Source: Longimicrobiales bacterium (GTDB lineage: Bacteria; Gemmatimonadota; Gemmatimonadetes; Longimicrobiales; Gaopeijiaceae). From it: DNA of 64,000 bases. A program made the position numbers and the translations under genes. Below are positions 46,352-55,722 of this stretch, piece after piece. Positions within the stretch are counted from its first letter, which is position 1, and each line of letters opens with the position of its first letter. The stretch spans positions 128,001-192,000 of the forward strand of contig CBDFIQ010000001.1 in the NCBI GenBank assembly GCA_965248195.1, read 5' to 3'. The notes under the pieces are model-generated. The model was not told where the DNA came from, searched no databases, and was given only the letters and a program-made list of their open reading frames with translations.

Positions 46352-48721
46352 GTGATGATCCCACTGTCTCTTAAACGTGAAGGGCGGCTTAGCTGCCTCT
46401 CATACATGGCGGTTATTGCCGTGATCTATGCTGTGGCGGCCGGGCCCGTTTCTGCGCAAACCGAGGAGGCTGCGGCGCCGCGGCCCACCGTTGGCGGGGC
46501 TTTGCGGATGTCGGCGGGCCGCGTTTCGGAGGCTCCGAGTGCAGAGAACTGGCGGGATCCGTTGGTCTGGGGGGGAGCGGAGGTCATCAGCAACTTCATC
46601 CAGAACGAGCCGGTCGAAGGGTCACCCGCCTCGGAACGGACCGAGGTGCGGGTCGCTTTCGACGAGGAAGCGATCTACGTCGGGGCGTGGCTCTACGACT
46701 CGGAGCCGAGCGAGATCGTCGTTGGGGAGCAGCGTCGGGACGCGAGTCTCTCTCGCTTCGACGCGTTCCTTCTGATCTTAGACACCTATAACGACCGCGA
46801 GAACGGTTTCGTTTTCGCAACGAATCCGGGGGGCATCGAGCACGACGGACAGGTGATCGACGAAGGTCGGCAAACCGGAAGGGGTAGCGGTGGCGCTCGC
46901 GGGAACAGCGGACGCCAGCAGGGCGGCGCTCAGGGGGGGTTCAACGTCAACTGGGATGGCAGCTGGACGGTATCGACGGAGCGCGACGAGCGGGGCTGGT
47001 ACGCCTTTTTCCGAATTCCATTCTCCACCCTCCGGTACGCGGCCGGAACGGAGCAGGAGTGGGGAGTCAACTTCGGCCGATACATCGGCCGAAAGAACGA
47101 GCAGGTGTACTGGGCTCCCCTCGCTCGTCAGGACAACCTCTACCGGGTGTCGTACGCGGGGGTGCTGGAGGGGCTGAGCGTTCCTGCCCAGCGGTTGATC
47201 ACCTTCACGCCCTATGCCCTCAGCTCAGCGCAGAAAGTCCCGGCCACCAGTGCGGCGGTCGACTATCCATTCGAGGTGGGCGCCGACGCGAAGATCGGGA
47301 TTACTCCAGCCCTTTCGCTCGATCTGACGGTCAACACCGACTTCGCACAGGTCGAGGTGGACAACGAGCAGGTGGATCTGACCCGATTCAGCCTGTTCTT
47401 CCCGGAGAAACGTCCCTTCTTCCTCGAGAATGCCGGACGATTCGCCGTGGGCAATAACCAGTCGGCTCAGATGTTTTTCAGTCGGAGGATAGGGATCGGA
47501 GAAGACGGGGCACCCGTCCCGATCGAGTGGGGGAGCCGCTTGAGCGGGCGGGTGGCGGGCCTCGACGTGGGGCTGATACACATGCGCACAGAAGCGGTCG
47601 AGGGCGGGACGCCGGGGAATGGCTACTCGGTAGCCCGTCTGGCGCGAGAGCTTCCGAACCGCTCAGGAGTAGGCGTGATGTTCACTGAGCGCTCCTCTAT
47701 CGGCGTCGCGAACGACCATGGGCGTACCTTCGCGGCAGATGCCAACGTCGGCATCGGCGAGTTCTTCAACTTCACAGGTGTGCTGGGAGCGACGACGTCG
47801 AGCGTTCCGGGAGAGCAAAGCCCGACCGACGGTCGTGAGGCGGTTATCGTTACGGCCAACTACCGGGACTCGAACTGGCAGTTCAGAAGCTCCTACGATC
47901 GGATCGGTGCGAACTTCAATCCCGAGGTGGGTTTCCTCCGCCGCTCGGACTTCCAACAGGTCTCGGGGACGATTTGGCGCGACATCCGGGTGCCGTCGTC
48001 GGACTGGATTCGGCAGTTTAGTCCCCACACGAGTTACACCACTGCGTACGGACTCGAAAGTGGAGTCAAGGAGACCGCCACGTGGCACATGCATAACATG
48101 ATGCGCCTCGAGAACGGCGGTCAGTTTAGTTTCGCGGGCGATTGGATCTACGACGGACTCACCGAGCCGCTCAGTCTTACAACGGGCGTCGATGACCAAG
48201 GCGACCAAACCTTCGTTGAAGTGCCAACTGGGGAGTACTCCGGTTGGCTGTTCAATCCCTCGATCAACACGAGCACTCAGGTGCCCGTCGTGTGGCGTAC
48301 GAATCTCCTGCTTGGACAGTTCTTCTCCGGGACTCGCAAAGGCGGGAGCACGTCGCTGTCATTCCAGCTCGGGGGTGCGCTGGCCGGAGCGATCGCTGTG
48401 GAGTACAACAGGATCGAACTTCCGGGGCCGGGAGGAAAATTCGATGCCACCCTGCTCAGCAGCCGGATTGGCTACTCGTTCAGCCCCACCGTCTACATTC
48501 AGTCCCTCATCCAATACAACACGCAGACGGCGGTTTGGTCGGGAAACCTCCGGTTCGGCTGGGTTGATACGGCAGGGACGGGTCTGTTCATCGTCTTCAA
48601 CGAGCGGCAGAGTGCCAGGCTCGCGGGCCTCACCAGTAGCCTACTCGAGCGGACAGTCTCGATAAAATTCAGTCGACAGCTGGATTTGGCTCGAATCGGG
48701 CGCGATGGGTTCGGCTTGTAG
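46352..48721 (+). CDS. CBM9-like + DUF5916 domain protein, paralog 3
   Basis: Signal peptide; LDTYNDRENGF; DLTVNTDFAQVEVD; FFPEKRPFFLE; FSRRIG. Confidence 0.88.
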   Translation: MMIPLSLKREGRLSCLSYMAVIAVIYAVAAGPVSAQTEEAAAPRPTVGGALRMSAGRVSEAPSAENWRDPLVWGGAEVISNFIQNEPVEGSPASERTEVRVAFDEEAIYVGAWLYDSEPSEIVVGEQRRDASLSRFDAFLLILDTYNDRENGFVFATNPGGIEHDGQVIDEGRQTGRGSGGARGNSGRQQGGAQGGFNVNWDGSWTVSTERDERGWYAFFRIPFSTLRYAAGTEQEWGVNFGRYIGRKNEQVYWAPLARQDNLYRVSYAGVLEGLSVPAQRLITFTPYALSSAQKVPATSAAVDYPFEVGADAKIGITPALSLDLTVNTDFAQVEVDNEQVDLTRFSLFFPEKRPFFLENAGRFAVGNNQSAQMFFSRRIGIGEDGAPVPIEWGSRLSGRVAGLDVGLIHMRTEAVEGGTPGNGYSVARLARELPNRSGVGVMFTERSSIGVANDHGRTFAADANVGIGEFFNFTGVLGATTSSVPGEQSPTDGREAVIVTANYRDSNWQFRSSYDRIGANFNPEVGFLRRSDFQQVSGTIWRDIRVPSSDWIRQFSPHTSYTTAYGLESGVKETATWHMHNMMRLENGGQFSFAGDWIYDGLTEPLSLTTGVDDQGDQTFVEVPTGEYSGWLFNPSINTSTQVPVVWRTNLLLGQFFSGTRKGGSTSLSFQLGGALAGAIAVEYNRIELPGPGGKFDATLLSSRIGYSFSPTVYIQSLIQYNTQTAVWSGNLRFGWVDTAGTGLFIVFNERQSARLAGLTSSLLERTVSIKFSRQLDLARIGRDGFGL

Positions 48722-48728
48722 TCGACTC

Positions 48729-48788
48729 TCTTAACCTGCCTCCGACGATCTTAACCTGCCTCCGACGATCTTAACCTGCCTCCGACGA
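48729..48788. repeat. Three perfect tandem 20-bp repeats (TCTTAACCTGCCTCCGACGA)
   Basis: Identical units at 48729, 48749 and 48769; no spacers. Confidence 0.92.
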
Positions 48789-48852
48789 TTCGCTCGACCA
48801 AAAGGTCAATTCCGCCTAAATAGAGCGAACGTGAGAACAAGCTGGAAAGGCG

Positions 48853-49047
48853 TCATGATCCTCCGCTATTGCCGATATCGTCGAGGTTGATCCAGCCGGC
48901 CCGGAAGACGAGGACCCACCAAAGCACGCTGATGGCCAAGCTCACGACGAACCCCATATCCGGAAAGGTCCAGAAGAACATCGTGGGCACGAATAACGTG
49001 AAGGCCACCACCGGCAGCTTGTCGAGTACCGCGAGGAGCTTACTCAT
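48853..49047 (-). CDS. Small two-TM membrane protein (64 aa)
   Basis: GGAG RBS, ATG start, two hydrophobic segments. Confidence 0.55.
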   Translation of the reverse strand: MSKLLAVLDKLPVVAFTLFVPTMFFWTFPDMGFVVSLAISVLWWVLVFRAGWINLDDIGNSGGS

Positions 49048-49254
49048 TCTGATCTCCGCACCATGCGAACCGAGGAATTGCCTACTCTATTGGTACAACG
49101 GCTTCGCGTCTCACAGCAACGGAAAAGGATTCAGTGGGTCGGTGCAGCGTCAGTTCCCCACGCGGTCCCCGTCGGCTTTATCCTGCTGGCGTTGAGGCGA
49201 AGTCAGGGATACAATCGTTGGAATTCTCTCGTGGCTTAGAAGGAGGTTCCCACC

Positions 49255-50361
49255 ATGTCGAAGAGAGTTCAAAGCGTGCCTACGATGGTGCTGGCGGCGG
49301 CGGTGGTGGCGATCGCTGTGCTTCACGCGGAGGTAGGGGCCCAGATGGGACCGAATCCCTACCGACCCGCAGACGGTCTGCAGGCCGGAAGCGGCGAGGG
49401 CCTCATCGGAGAGGGGTGGGCGAAGTTGCCGTACGGGAGGGAGATGGGGTCCCCGGGTGGGATCGAGGTCGATGTGGACGGGGAGAGCATCTGGGCAATC
49501 GTGAGATGCGGGAACGACGGCACGCCGCGCGGAAGCCAGACCTACTGTGACAGCTCAGATCTGGACCCGATCATCAAGTTCGGTCCGGACGGCAATGTGG
49601 TAACGATGTTCGGCAGCCGCATGTTCGCATGGCCGCATGGGCTCCACGTGGACCGGGACGGAAACGTGTGGGTGACGGAAGCGGGAAGCGGAGAATCACC
49701 ACTGGTGCCGGGATTGGTCTTCGGACATCAGGTCTTCAAGTTCTCCCCGCAGGGCGAGCTCCTCATGACCCTGGGCGAGGCGGGGGTTCCGGGGGATGGA
49801 CCCGATCACCTCATCTCACCGAGCGACGTCGTCACCGCCCCCAATGGCGATATCTTCGTTGTGGACGGGCACAACCAGAATGGCAACAACCGGATCGTCA
49901 AGTATTCGAGGGACGGGACGTTTATCAAGGACTTCGGGGGAACCGGGCACGGCCCGGGTCAGCTCTACGGCCCGCACGCCATTGCCATGGACGCGAATGG
50001 AAGGCTCTTCGTCGCCGACCGGCAGAACATGCGAATCGTCATCTTCGACCAAGAAGGCAACTTCGAGAATCGATGGACGCAGTTCGGAATGCCGAGCGAC
50101 ATCTCGATCGACGACAACGGCAAGATCTACGTGGCCGACTCGGAGTCGGACATGACTCAGAATCCGGGCTGGGAAAAGGGGATCAGGATCGGGGACGTGG
50201 AAACCGGTTGGGTCGAGTACTTCATCCTCGACACGGGCGACAATCCGCCGATAACCGCCGGGGGGAGTGGGGCCGAGTCCCTCACCGTAGATCGGCACGG
50301 AAGCATCTTTTCCGGCGAGCCGCGTCCACAGCGCGTACGCAAGTATGTGAAGGTGCGGTAG
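49255..50361 (+). CDS. NHL-repeat (PAL-like family) secreted protein
   Basis: AAGGAGG RBS; signal peptide; WPHGLHVD, PSDV, GNNRIVK, PHAIAMD, VADR. Confidence 0.88.
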   Translation: MSKRVQSVPTMVLAAAVVAIAVLHAEVGAQMGPNPYRPADGLQAGSGEGLIGEGWAKLPYGREMGSPGGIEVDVDGESIWAIVRCGNDGTPRGSQTYCDSSDLDPIIKFGPDGNVVTMFGSRMFAWPHGLHVDRDGNVWVTEAGSGESPLVPGLVFGHQVFKFSPQGELLMTLGEAGVPGDGPDHLISPSDVVTAPNGDIFVVDGHNQNGNNRIVKYSRDGTFIKDFGGTGHGPGQLYGPHAIAMDANGRLFVADRQNMRIVIFDQEGNFENRWTQFGMPSDISIDDNGKIYVADSESDMTQNPGWEKGIRIGDVETGWVEYFILDTGDNPPITAGGSGAESLTVDRHGSIFSGEPRPQRVRKYVKVR

Positions 50362-50406
50362 TGCAGAGGTGACCAGGAGCGTTCACGTAGCTGTCGGCGG
50401 TGACCG

Positions 50407-51654
50407 CTAGCTTTCGCTCCCACCTTCCTTGAACACGATCGTCACCGGACTCCCCGTCTCCACCACCTGGCCCGTCGGCGTCAGCTCGCCCGTCTCTTGA
50501 TCGATTCGGAAGGTGACGACCATGTCACTCCCCTGATTGCACGCGTAGAGCAGCGTCCCGGTCGGATCGAGCCCGAAGTAGCGGGGTTGCTCGCCCTGAG
50601 TGGACTCCCAACCCACCGGCGTCACCAGGCCGCTGCTTTGGTCCACCGCGAAGATCACGATGCTGTTGTGACCCCGGTTCGAGCCGTAGAGAAACTCCCC
50701 CCCAGGGTGCACCTTGATCTCCGCGCACGTGCTCTGCCCCGTGAAACTGGACGGTAACGTGGAGGATACTTGTAGCGGGCTCAGCTCCCCGTGGTCCGCA
50801 TCGTACCCGTAAGTGGCCACCGTGGAATCCAGCTCGTTGATGACGTAAGCGTACGGCAGACTCGGGTGAAAATCCACGTGCCGTGGGCCGGCGCCCGGCC
50901 GGGTGGCAACGAACGGTGGGTCGGCCGGCACCAAAGCGCCGGTTGCGGTGTCGAGCCGGAACACGAAGAGGCTATCCAGACCCAAGTCCGGCACGACGAG
51001 GAAGCGCCCACCGGGGTCAAACGGATTGTGGTGAGGGTTTGAGCTCGTCTGCCGGATCGGATGCGGCCCCGGCGTGCCCTCCAGCTCGACGAGATCGCTC
51101 CGGAGCGCGAGAGAGCCGTCGGCGTTGATCGGGAGCACCGCCATCGAACCGGAGCTGTAGTTGGAGACCACCAGGAATCGGTTGGTCGGATCGACCGCCA
51201 AATGTACGGGATTCTCTCCTCCCACCTCCTGCTGATTGAGCCTGGTCAGGCGACCGCTCTCCGGGTCGATGACGAACGCCGTTGCATACGTCCTCCCCCC
51301 ATGGACCGAGTAGAGAAAACGCTGGCGCCGGTCAAGAGCGAGAAACGAGGGGTTCTCGAGGCCTGCGACGAGTTGGACGTGCGACCAACGGCCCGAGGCC
51401 GGGTCCATTCGGTAGACGTTGATGCCCTCGCCGTTCCCGTCGCGGTCCGGCGTGCTGTAGCAGCCGACATAAGCGTAAAGCGCGCCGCCCACGCCCCCCT
51501 CCGCCATCACCCGCGCCGCCCGCGAAACGCACCCCGGCACGGCCAGCACGGCGACGAGACTGCCCACACCGCCCAAGAAGCGACGGCGCGGAACCGAACG
51601 ACTCTCCTCCGCCTCGAAAGGCCCGTCGGCTTGTCGGATAACTGGATCGGACAT
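50407..51654 (-). CDS. pgl: 6-phosphogluconolactonase-like lactonase (7-bladed propeller), Tat signal
   Basis: RRRFLG; NPSFL; SNY; PDLGLD; GAGPRH; INELDS; SNRGHNSI. Confidence 0.88.
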   Translation of the reverse strand: MSDPVIRQADGPFEAEESRSVPRRRFLGGVGSLVAVLAVPGCVSRAARVMAEGGVGGALYAYVGCYSTPDRDGNGEGINVYRMDPASGRWSHVQLVAGLENPSFLALDRRQRFLYSVHGGRTYATAFVIDPESGRLTRLNQQEVGGENPVHLAVDPTNRFLVVSNYSSGSMAVLPINADGSLALRSDLVELEGTPGPHPIRQTSSNPHHNPFDPGGRFLVVPDLGLDSLFVFRLDTATGALVPADPPFVATRPGAGPRHVDFHPSLPYAYVINELDSTVATYGYDADHGELSPLQVSSTLPSSFTGQSTCAEIKVHPGGEFLYGSNRGHNSIVIFAVDQSSGLVTPVGWESTQGEQPRYFGLDPTGTLLYACNQGSDMVVTFRIDQETGELTPTGQVVETGSPVTIVFKEGGSES

Positions 51655-51909
51655 GGGCGCACTCCGGGATCAGACCGAACGTCAACATCCGAGAGGGGGC
51701 CGGTAGGCGCAAGCCGAAGCCGGCCAGACGCTCAAAATCGCCGTTTAAGCGCTACCCCTGGTCGCCACTCCTGAGCGTGGCTCTTCCATCATCTAGCTCG
51801 ATCATCGTGCCGTGGCGACACTCTTGTTTGCGGCGCTCCGGACTGGGGGGCACTTTGAGTGTGGATGAACGGTGGGCCGCTAGGACCAACCTTTGCAACG
51901 GACGATCGA

Positions 51910-53040
51910 ATGATGAGGAAAACGTATGCTGGGTCGAGAAATCCGGTCGGAGCGCTGAGTGTGCTGACAGTTCTCGCGATCTGTGCTGTATTCACACGCC
52001 CTGGCCTCGCGCAGCAAGCCGATGATATGACGTTCAGGCTCCTGACCTTCGATATCGGGAACAGCGGCCCGCGCTTGGGAGCCACTCGGGGAGACGGTGA
52101 CCAGGACATTGTCGATGTCCACAACGCGATCACCTATCTGTATCGGTCAGGCGTGTCCGACTTGCCGGCGATTCCCATCGATATGCGATCGCTTATCGAG
52201 GCGGGCGATGTGCCGATCCAGGGAGTCCGGGATCTGTATGATGCCATAACTCGTGCCCGTGCCTCTGGGGGCTTTGCAGAGCCGGGCGGTAGTCGCCGCG
52301 TGTTTCACCCTGCGACCGGCGTCCGCTACCTCCCCCCGATCACAAACCCCTCAAAGGTCCTTGGCCTGGCGGGGGCTTATCAGAGGCGACAGGCCGATGG
52401 CACGCCGGGTGGTTTCGATGCTGCGGAGTACCCCAGCTTCTTCTTCAAATCTCCGGCGTCGCTCACGGGTCACGAGAGCGACATCAATCTTTGGGGGCTC
52501 CTCACGAGGGGAGTGTACGAACCGGAGTTCACCGTGGTTATCGGCAGGACTGCTCGGGCCGTGCCGGCGTCGGAGGCTTTGGACTATATCGTGGGCTATA
52601 CGATGGCGAATGACGTGAGTTCGCGTGACCTGCCACAAGGAAGTCATAGTCAGCAGGGTGGGTCGATGAGTAAGTCTCTGGATACCTTTACCCCTTTGGG
52701 GCCGTATATCACGCTGAAAGAGGACGTCCCGAACCCCAACGCCCTAGAGGTCTACGGGACGGTGAACGGGGTGCGTCATGAATGGCCGATCCCGAACGGG
52801 AACACGTCGTTTCTGACCTTCACGGTGCAAGAGTCGATCGCGTACCTCAGCGAACGGATCACGCTTCTGCCGGGGGATATCGTCCTTCTGGGTGTGCCAC
52901 AGCCCTCGATGTTCTTCGCAGAGGGAGAGACGGTCGAGGTGATCATCGGAAACCTGGGAACGCTGCGGAATCACGTGGTATCGGTTCCGGTACCCGGACA
53001 TGTGCCGATTCCTCCCCGCCGCGTGAGCGCCGGTAGATGA
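51910..53040 (+). CDS. Fumarylacetoacetate hydrolase family protein with a signal peptide
   Basis: PSFFFK; YEPE; GYTMANDVSSRD; SKSLDTF.PLGP; TLLPGDI. Confidence 0.88.
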   Translation: MMRKTYAGSRNPVGALSVLTVLAICAVFTRPGLAQQADDMTFRLLTFDIGNSGPRLGATRGDGDQDIVDVHNAITYLYRSGVSDLPAIPIDMRSLIEAGDVPIQGVRDLYDAITRARASGGFAEPGGSRRVFHPATGVRYLPPITNPSKVLGLAGAYQRRQADGTPGGFDAAEYPSFFFKSPASLTGHESDINLWGLLTRGVYEPEFTVVIGRTARAVPASEALDYIVGYTMANDVSSRDLPQGSHSQQGGSMSKSLDTFTPLGPYITLKEDVPNPNALEVYGTVNGVRHEWPIPNGNTSFLTFTVQESIAYLSERITLLPGDIVLLGVPQPSMFFAEGETVEVIIGNLGTLRNHVVSVPVPGHVPIPPRRVSAGR

Positions 53041-53052
53041 GCGTGTGTTAGC

Positions 53053-53814
53053 TCAACTCCGGCAATCTTCGACCGAATCGATATCCTGGAATCGCACGTA
53101 CTCGAACTGGCCTTCGACCTCGGCAGTGCCGGCCAGATAGTCGTTGATCATGACACCGGCCCCGAGCCTGGTTCCGATGGCGTGTGTAAAGTTGTTCCGT
53201 TCGGTCCACGCCGGATCGGCGTCCAAGCGGGTGAAGACAGTGATGACGTCGCCGACCACGCACAGTCGCACGCTACCGGAGAACTCCTGTCCGGTTGGGT
53301 ACAGGGTGAGCACGGAGTTGTCATTGACGGTTGTCTTGTCTTCGAAGCCAAGCACGCCGTTTTGCAGCCCAATGTTCGCCACGACCCAATCATTCATCCG
53401 AGCGACGTCGGGGTAGATGACCAGTCCTGCCGAATGAAACGTTTCGGTTGGCGCACCACCGGACACGGGGTCCACCACCGTGATATGGGCCTCGATCAGG
53501 AAACTCGGGTTCTCGGCCGACTCGATGTTCTTGAAAAGGCTCAGGCCTTTGTTGCCATTTAGGAAGTAGTGATCCTGCAAAGGGCGAAGCAGCAGCTGGC
53601 CTCCGTTTATCGAGACCGATCCGTCGGATGGGTCCCCTTCGACCTCGGCACGGATCAGCCACGTCGAGATCGAGCTCGGATCGCTAAACTCGTCGCTAAG
53701 CCCGCTCAACTCCGGGTCCCCGTCCGTAACGAGATTTACCCCCGTGCTTGTGCCGCAGCCAGCGAGTACCATCATCAAGCCAAGTCCACGTGCCACCGTT
53801 TTGTGAAAGACCAT
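53053..53814 (-). CDS. Putative lipoprotein with a ConA/DUF1349-like beta-sandwich
   Basis: Lipobox LAGC; beta-rich; FHSAGLV, EDKTTVNDNS, FEYVRF. Confidence 0.7.
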   Translation of the reverse strand: MVFHKTVARGLGLMMVLAGCGTSTGVNLVTDGDPELSGLSDEFSDPSSISTWLIRAEVEGDPSDGSVSINGGQLLLRPLQDHYFLNGNKGLSLFKNIESAENPSFLIEAHITVVDPVSGGAPTETFHSAGLVIYPDVARMNDWVVANIGLQNGVLGFEDKTTVNDNSVLTLYPTGQEFSGSVRLCVVGDVITVFTRLDADPAWTERNNFTHAIGTRLGAGVMINDYLAGTAEVEGQFEYVRFQDIDSVEDCRS

Positions 53815-54207
53815 GTGCCGCCTTCATCGGTATCGGAATCCAAAATTCTGCAGTCGCCACATCGCGACAGACGCACGCCCCACTAATTAACGTTGCACAC
53901 GCTGGGCGCTTTGTATCAAGTGAAATCTTGCTCCGCCGAAGGAGTAGCTTGAGATGACTGATTACCCTCACCAACAATCGTTGCGGAACTCGTGGAACGG
54001 CTTAATATCGGTTTGGGTGCGTCGGAGATGCTGATGCCCGCGTATGCTCTGAACCCAGGACAGCTCTTCCTGGATCAGGAGGACTTAGAACGGCGGGTCG
54101 GGTGACGACGCGCTTCCCGCCCGGACTCTAGCGTTGGAGCTCGGATCGCATCCGGCGGGTCTGCTCAGCGTGCAACGAGTCAACAGAATCACAGCGGAGG
54201 ACGAATC

Positions 54208-55722
54208 ATGGTAACGCGATTTTGGCTGTCACTGAGCCTCACCGCACTGACGGCAGGATCAGCTGCGGCGCAGGATGTACGCAGCGTCTTGCAGACCGCC
54301 GCGACCGCGATGGGCGCGGCCAACATGGAGTCCATCCACTACTCCGGCACCGGTTGGCAAGGCATGGTCGGGCAGAATGTCGCGCCGGATCAGGATTGGC
54401 CGCGAGTGGACCTGACGAGTTATTCCATGACGATCGATTTCGAGACGATGTCCTCGAGAGAGGAATACGTCCGGGTACAAGGCAACAATTCGCGCCAAGG
54501 TGGCGGCCGCGGGTTCCCGTTCCTGACCGAACAGCGGGTCACCAATCTCGTCAGCGGCGACTACGCTTGGACCTTGAACGCGCAGGGACAACCGGCTCCG
54601 CAGCCGGCCGCCGCTGAGCTGCGGCGGCTCGAAATCTTCCTCACGCCCTGGGGGTTCCTCAAGGGCGCGATGGCGCCTGGCGCCAACCCGACCATGGTCT
54701 CTCGCAATGAGTATGGAGGCAGGGTGAGCGTGGTCTCGTTCGTCGCCTTCGGGAAGTACCGGGTGAACGGAACGATCAATCGTCAGAATCTGGTCCAGCG
54801 CGTGCAGACCTGGATTCCCAATCCCGTCGCTGGCGACCTGTACTATGAAAACGTATACACCAATTACCGGGATATGGGCGGTGTGAAGATTCCCCGGTTT
54901 CATCAGCATCAGGATTATGACGATGGCGCGCACGCACCGAATGTCAGCGGCGGCGACCATTCGTTTGGTCTGGAAACCGTCTCGGACGTTCAGGTGAATG
55001 TGGCGAACGCCGCACTCACGGTCCCGAACGAAGTGCGGAGCGCCCGCCTTGAGCCTGTCCGCGTGCAGTCACAAAGGTTGGGCGATGGCTTGTGGTTGAT
55101 CGGGGGCGGCTCCCACAACAGCGTGGCCGTCGAGTTCCGCGACCATGTGGCTGTTATCGAGGCACCGTTGAATGAAGAACGGTCACTTGCGGTGATCGGC
55201 GAAGTGAACAGGCTCATTCCAAACAAGCCGATCCGGTTTATCGTGAATACGCACCATCACTGGGACCATATGGGTGGAATCCGCGCGTATGTCCATGAGG
55301 GCGCGACCATCATCACCCATGAAGGCAACCACCCTTACTACCAAGAAGTCTTGCGGGCAGGGCCGTGGACCTTGCAGCCCGACCGGTTTTCGTTGTATCC
55401 GCCGGAGGAGTGGTCGGAAGGATACATCTTCGAGACAGCGCGGGACAAATACGTGCTCGCCGACGACACGAGAACGGTCGAACTTTACCGCGTCCAGGGT
55501 CTCGCCCACGCTGCGGGCATGCTGATCGCGTATATCCCGAGCGAGAAGATCGTCGTGCAGGCCGACCTATACAATCCGGGAGCGCAAGCCCCCAACGCCA
55601 GCAGCCGGACGTTTTACCGAAACTTGCAGCGCCTGGAGCTGGATGTGACGACCATCGTGGGTATCCATGGGAATCCAGTTCCGATGGCGCAATTCGTCGA
55701 GTTCGCGAGCAGAGGTCAGTGA
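54208..55722 (+). CDS. Secreted MBL-fold metallo-hydrolase
   Basis: GGAGG RBS; signal peptide; THHHWDH; HAAGM; QADL; IHG. Confidence 0.9.
   Translation: MVTRFWLSLSLTALTAGSAAAQDVRSVLQTAATAMGAANMESIHYSGTGWQGMVGQNVAPDQDWPRVDLTSYSMTIDFETMSSREEYVRVQGNNSRQGGGRGFPFLTEQRVTNLVSGDYAWTLNAQGQPAPQPAAAELRRLEIFLTPWGFLKGAMAPGANPTMVSRNEYGGRVSVVSFVAFGKYRVNGTINRQNLVQRVQTWIPNPVAGDLYYENVYTNYRDMGGVKIPRFHQHQDYDDGAHAPNVSGGDHSFGLETVSDVQVNVANAALTVPNEVRSARLEPVRVQSQRLGDGLWLIGGGSHNSVAVEFRDHVAVIEAPLNEERSLAVIGEVNRLIPNKPIRFIVNTHHHWDHMGGIRAYVHEGATIITHEGNHPYYQEVLRAGPWTLQPDRFSLYPPEEWSEGYIFETARDKYVLADDTRTVELYRVQGLAHAAGMLIAYIPSEKIVVQADLYNPGAQAPNASSRTFYRNLQRLELDVTTIVGIHGNPVPMAQFVEFASRGQ

Noticed and set aside
48729..48788. CRISPR array call for this and the 12867..12949 repeats
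   Set aside because: Units are directly adjacent with no unique spacers, and no cas genes are in the window.
53950..54200. Riboswitch in the MBL gene leader
   Set aside because: Hairpins are possible but I recognise no riboswitch consensus; an Infernal search would be needed.
55365..55718. N-terminal extension of the GGDEF ORF given in the track
   Set aside because: Overlaps the MBL gene in another frame and reads as non-protein; the start is more likely at or after 55719.
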